Positions 61,400 through 64,000 of a DNA stretch of 64,000 nucleotides are shown here, piece by piece (positions within the stretch are counted from its first letter, which is position 1; the number at the start of each line of letters is the position of its first letter). The translations under genes were made by a program, and so were the position numbers. Origin of the DNA: Vicugna vicugna. Lineage: Eukaryota. The stretch covers positions 2,728,001-2,792,000 of the forward strand of contig MU058213.1 of assembly GCA_013265495.1 (NCBI GenBank), in the 5' to 3' direction. The notes beneath the pieces are model-generated. The model was not told the DNA's origin. It made no database searches and saw only the letters and a program-made list of their open reading frames with translations.

Positions 61400-64000
61400 C
61401 AAGAACAGCTACTATTCACAGACAAGACACCACTGAGAGAATCCTAGAGCTTGGGGCTGATGCCAAAGCACCCCTGTACCACAGAGACCAAGACAGACTG
61501 AGTTAGAAGGGTAAAAGGAGTGGCTACATGCTGACCGCATTACCCCTCCCACAGGCTGGCACAGCACCATGCAGAGAGGTCTCCCCTGAGCCTACAGTCC
61601 CTCCAGAGAAAAGAACGCCCGGGGGAGATACCCTGCTCCCACACCACTGTAGGTCACTTCCTGCGAGTCCCCAGTCCAGTCTCTCTGCAGAGAAATTGCG
61701 GAGAAATCTGCAGGGCTTGACCACTGGGAATCTGATTGTGATGAAGAAGGGGAAGGGGCTTGCAACAATCAGTACTCAGATCTAGACAGACCCAGTTCCT
61801 ACATGTAGAACCCAAGGATTAGTCCCAGCCACCAGCTCTGCTCACCTGCACAACCAATTTGATGGTGCAGTGTGATCAGAGAACTACAGCCAGGACCACT
61901 GCTCAGTGTAGCTTCTGTCTGTGCTCTCTGTTCAAGTGCCACTGGAAAGGCTGGACTGGACTGGACTGGAACAGAGAGCACAGGAAAGGCTTCCAAGAGC
62001 ACCTGGAAGCTGCATGGTCCAAAAACACTAGATCAGAGAGGCCAATAGATAGAGCTGACTGCCCACAAAACAAAGTCAGGGATGGATGTGGAAGATTCCC
62101 CTGCTGCCCCAATAAGAGGTGTTAATTCATAGCTCCACCCACTGCTGAGGGTAGCTCCCGGTCCCTTCTGTCCAAAAAAGCTGACAAGAGCTTGTGGAAG
62201 CTCACAGCACAGGAACATTCGAGCAGAGACTGCAGAGCAAAGCAAGTAGTCCTGTTCACCCAGGGAACTTGGGCATGGGTCAGCTTGAGTCAAAAACACA
62301 AAGTGCCTTACCGGTTCTCTGGCTATGCCTAGGCATGGAAACAAATTTATAGCCTACTCAGTGCTGAAAAAAAAAAAAAAAAGCCTTCAAGTCATCTGAC
62401 CAGGAACCTAACCAAAGCACATGGGAAGCTGCAGAGCCCATCCAAAGGCTCTGATTACAGTGGCACTTGAACAGAGAGCACAGCCAGGGACTTTCCCCAT
62501 CTCCAAAGCAAAACTGGTGGCCTTGCCTGGCTGGGGAATTCAGTGAACACTCTTGACTAATTTGAGTCCTCAAGTCTCAAACAACATGCTGTTCAGGTCA
62601 TGGGCTCTCTTTTCCTGCCCCACCAAGGCAGGGAAGGTAATTCACAGCCCCTGGTTATTGCTGAGTATAGTGTCAAGCCCGGGTCATCTAGAAGCCTGAC
62701 CACCAAAGGCAGTCATGGTTCCCATCCTACAGCCTTTCTTGAACAAGAAACCAAGCCAGCAGTCTTATTCAGTTGCTCTCAGCCTGCAGCACCCACCTAC
62801 CCCCTCCCCCCAAACTCCCCTTCCCCACCTCAAGCCAGGCTCACGGCTCAGGCAGTGGTCTCAACCAAAAACAGACCCTGACGGCAAGCCCCATCTGCCC
62901 AAGGACATTACCAGCAATGCATTCAGAAACACAAAACACAATGACTGGTATAAAATTATCTCTGCCAAAGCCAGTCTGTAAATTCTGGAAAAGGAGACTG
63001 CTGACTCAAATGCACAGATACCAATGTAAGCAATCAAGGATCATAAAAAATCAGGTGAATATGACACCACCAAAGGAAATTAACAAAACTTCAATAACTT
63101 ACCCTCAAGAAATAGAGATTTATGAACTGTCAGACAAAAAACTCAGAATAATCCTCTTAAAGAAGTTTAGTGAACTGCAAGAACTCACAATTACATAAAA
63201 TTAGGAAAACAATGCAAAAACCAAGTGAGTAGTTCAACAACAAAAAAATAGAAACCATAAAAAACACACACAAATCATACAGAGGAAAAATATAACCACT
63301 GGACTAAAAACTACAAGAGAGTCTCAGAAGCTGAACTGACCATGCAGAGGAAAGAATCCATGACTAAAAGACAGAAATACTGAAATTATACAGTCAGAGG
63401 AACAAAAGGAAAAAATGAATGAGAGTGAAGAAAGCCAACAGGACTTATGAGACAAAACTCAAAACAAACAATACTTGCATTATGGGAATTTCAGAAAAAG
63501 AAGAGAAAAGGACAGAAAATATACTTAGAGCAATACTGGCTGAAAAATTCCCAAACCTGATAAGGGAAATAGACATTCAGATCCATGAAGTCCAAAGAAT
63601 CCCATATAGGTTGAACCTGAATAGGGCTACACAGGACACATTGTAATTAAATTGCCTTAAGTCAAATACGAATAAATAATTTTGAAAGCAGCAAGAGAAC
63701 AGAGAAATTACACACAAGGGAACATACATAAAATGATCAGCAGATTTCTCAAGAGAAACTTTTCATGCCAGGAGAGAATGTGAAAATATATTCAAAATAT
63801 TGAAAGAAAAAAAAAAACTGTTAACCAAGAATTCCATACCCAAGCAAAGCTGTTCATCATAAATGAAGGAGAGTTAAAGACTTTTCCAAATAAACAAAAG
63901 CTGAGAAAGTTCATTAGCACTAGACCTGCCTTATAAGAAATTCTAAAGGAAGTTCTTTGTGTAGAAGTAAAAGGACACTAATATCATAAAAATATAAGAA
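61400..64000 (+). mobile_element. LINE-1 5'UTR and decayed ORF1 (~63010-63985), running off the window end
   Basis: ORF1 peptides NMTPPKE...EIYELSDKKLRIILLKKFSELQE and AEKFPNL.REIDIQIHEVQR; GC-richer ~1.6 kb 5'UTR. Confidence 0.85.

Noticed and set aside
62773..63646. 141-aa and 75-aa ORFs
   Set aside because: Broken L1 ORF1 with stops and frameshifts.
1..64000. Naming the host gene; CRISPR arrays, operons, miRNA or snoRNA genes
   Set aside because: No recognisable coding exon supports a gene symbol; the DNA is eukaryotic with no repeat-spacer array; no mature miRNA or snoRNA sequence was recognised.

Overview
Mammalian non-coding genomic DNA, very probably from a camelid (camel, alpaca or llama). 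The assignment rests on a tRNA-Ala-derived Vic-1-type SINE at 56949-57075 and several lineage-type young LINE-1 3' ends. More than half of the window is recognisable interspersed repeat: L1 of several ages, L2, MIR, L3/CR1, hAT and Tigger MITEs, ERV1/ERVL/MaLR LTRs and a decayed ERVL pol/dUTPase remnant, often nested. I found no intact protein-coding gene, and the ORF track consists of L1/ERV remnants or chance ORFs. The A-rich + strand, the mostly + orientation of the L1s and a few unique islands bounded by minus-strand splice signals suggest introns of a large minus-strand transcription unit. Its candidate exons (33720-34012, 28146/28361-28433, weaker 15381-15662) look non-coding or 5'UTR-like, and I cannot name the gene. 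One exon carries a strong-Kozak 37-codon ORF. Other points of interest are insertion and repair scars: a ~36-bp TSD, an L1 ORF1 fragment captured in an LTR, an opposite-strand segment inside a solo LTR and a perfect 26-bp inverted repeat in an old L1 5'UTR. I see no convincing novel multi-gene system. Repeat subfamily names come from recalled consensus sequences, and boundaries without a TSD are approximate.
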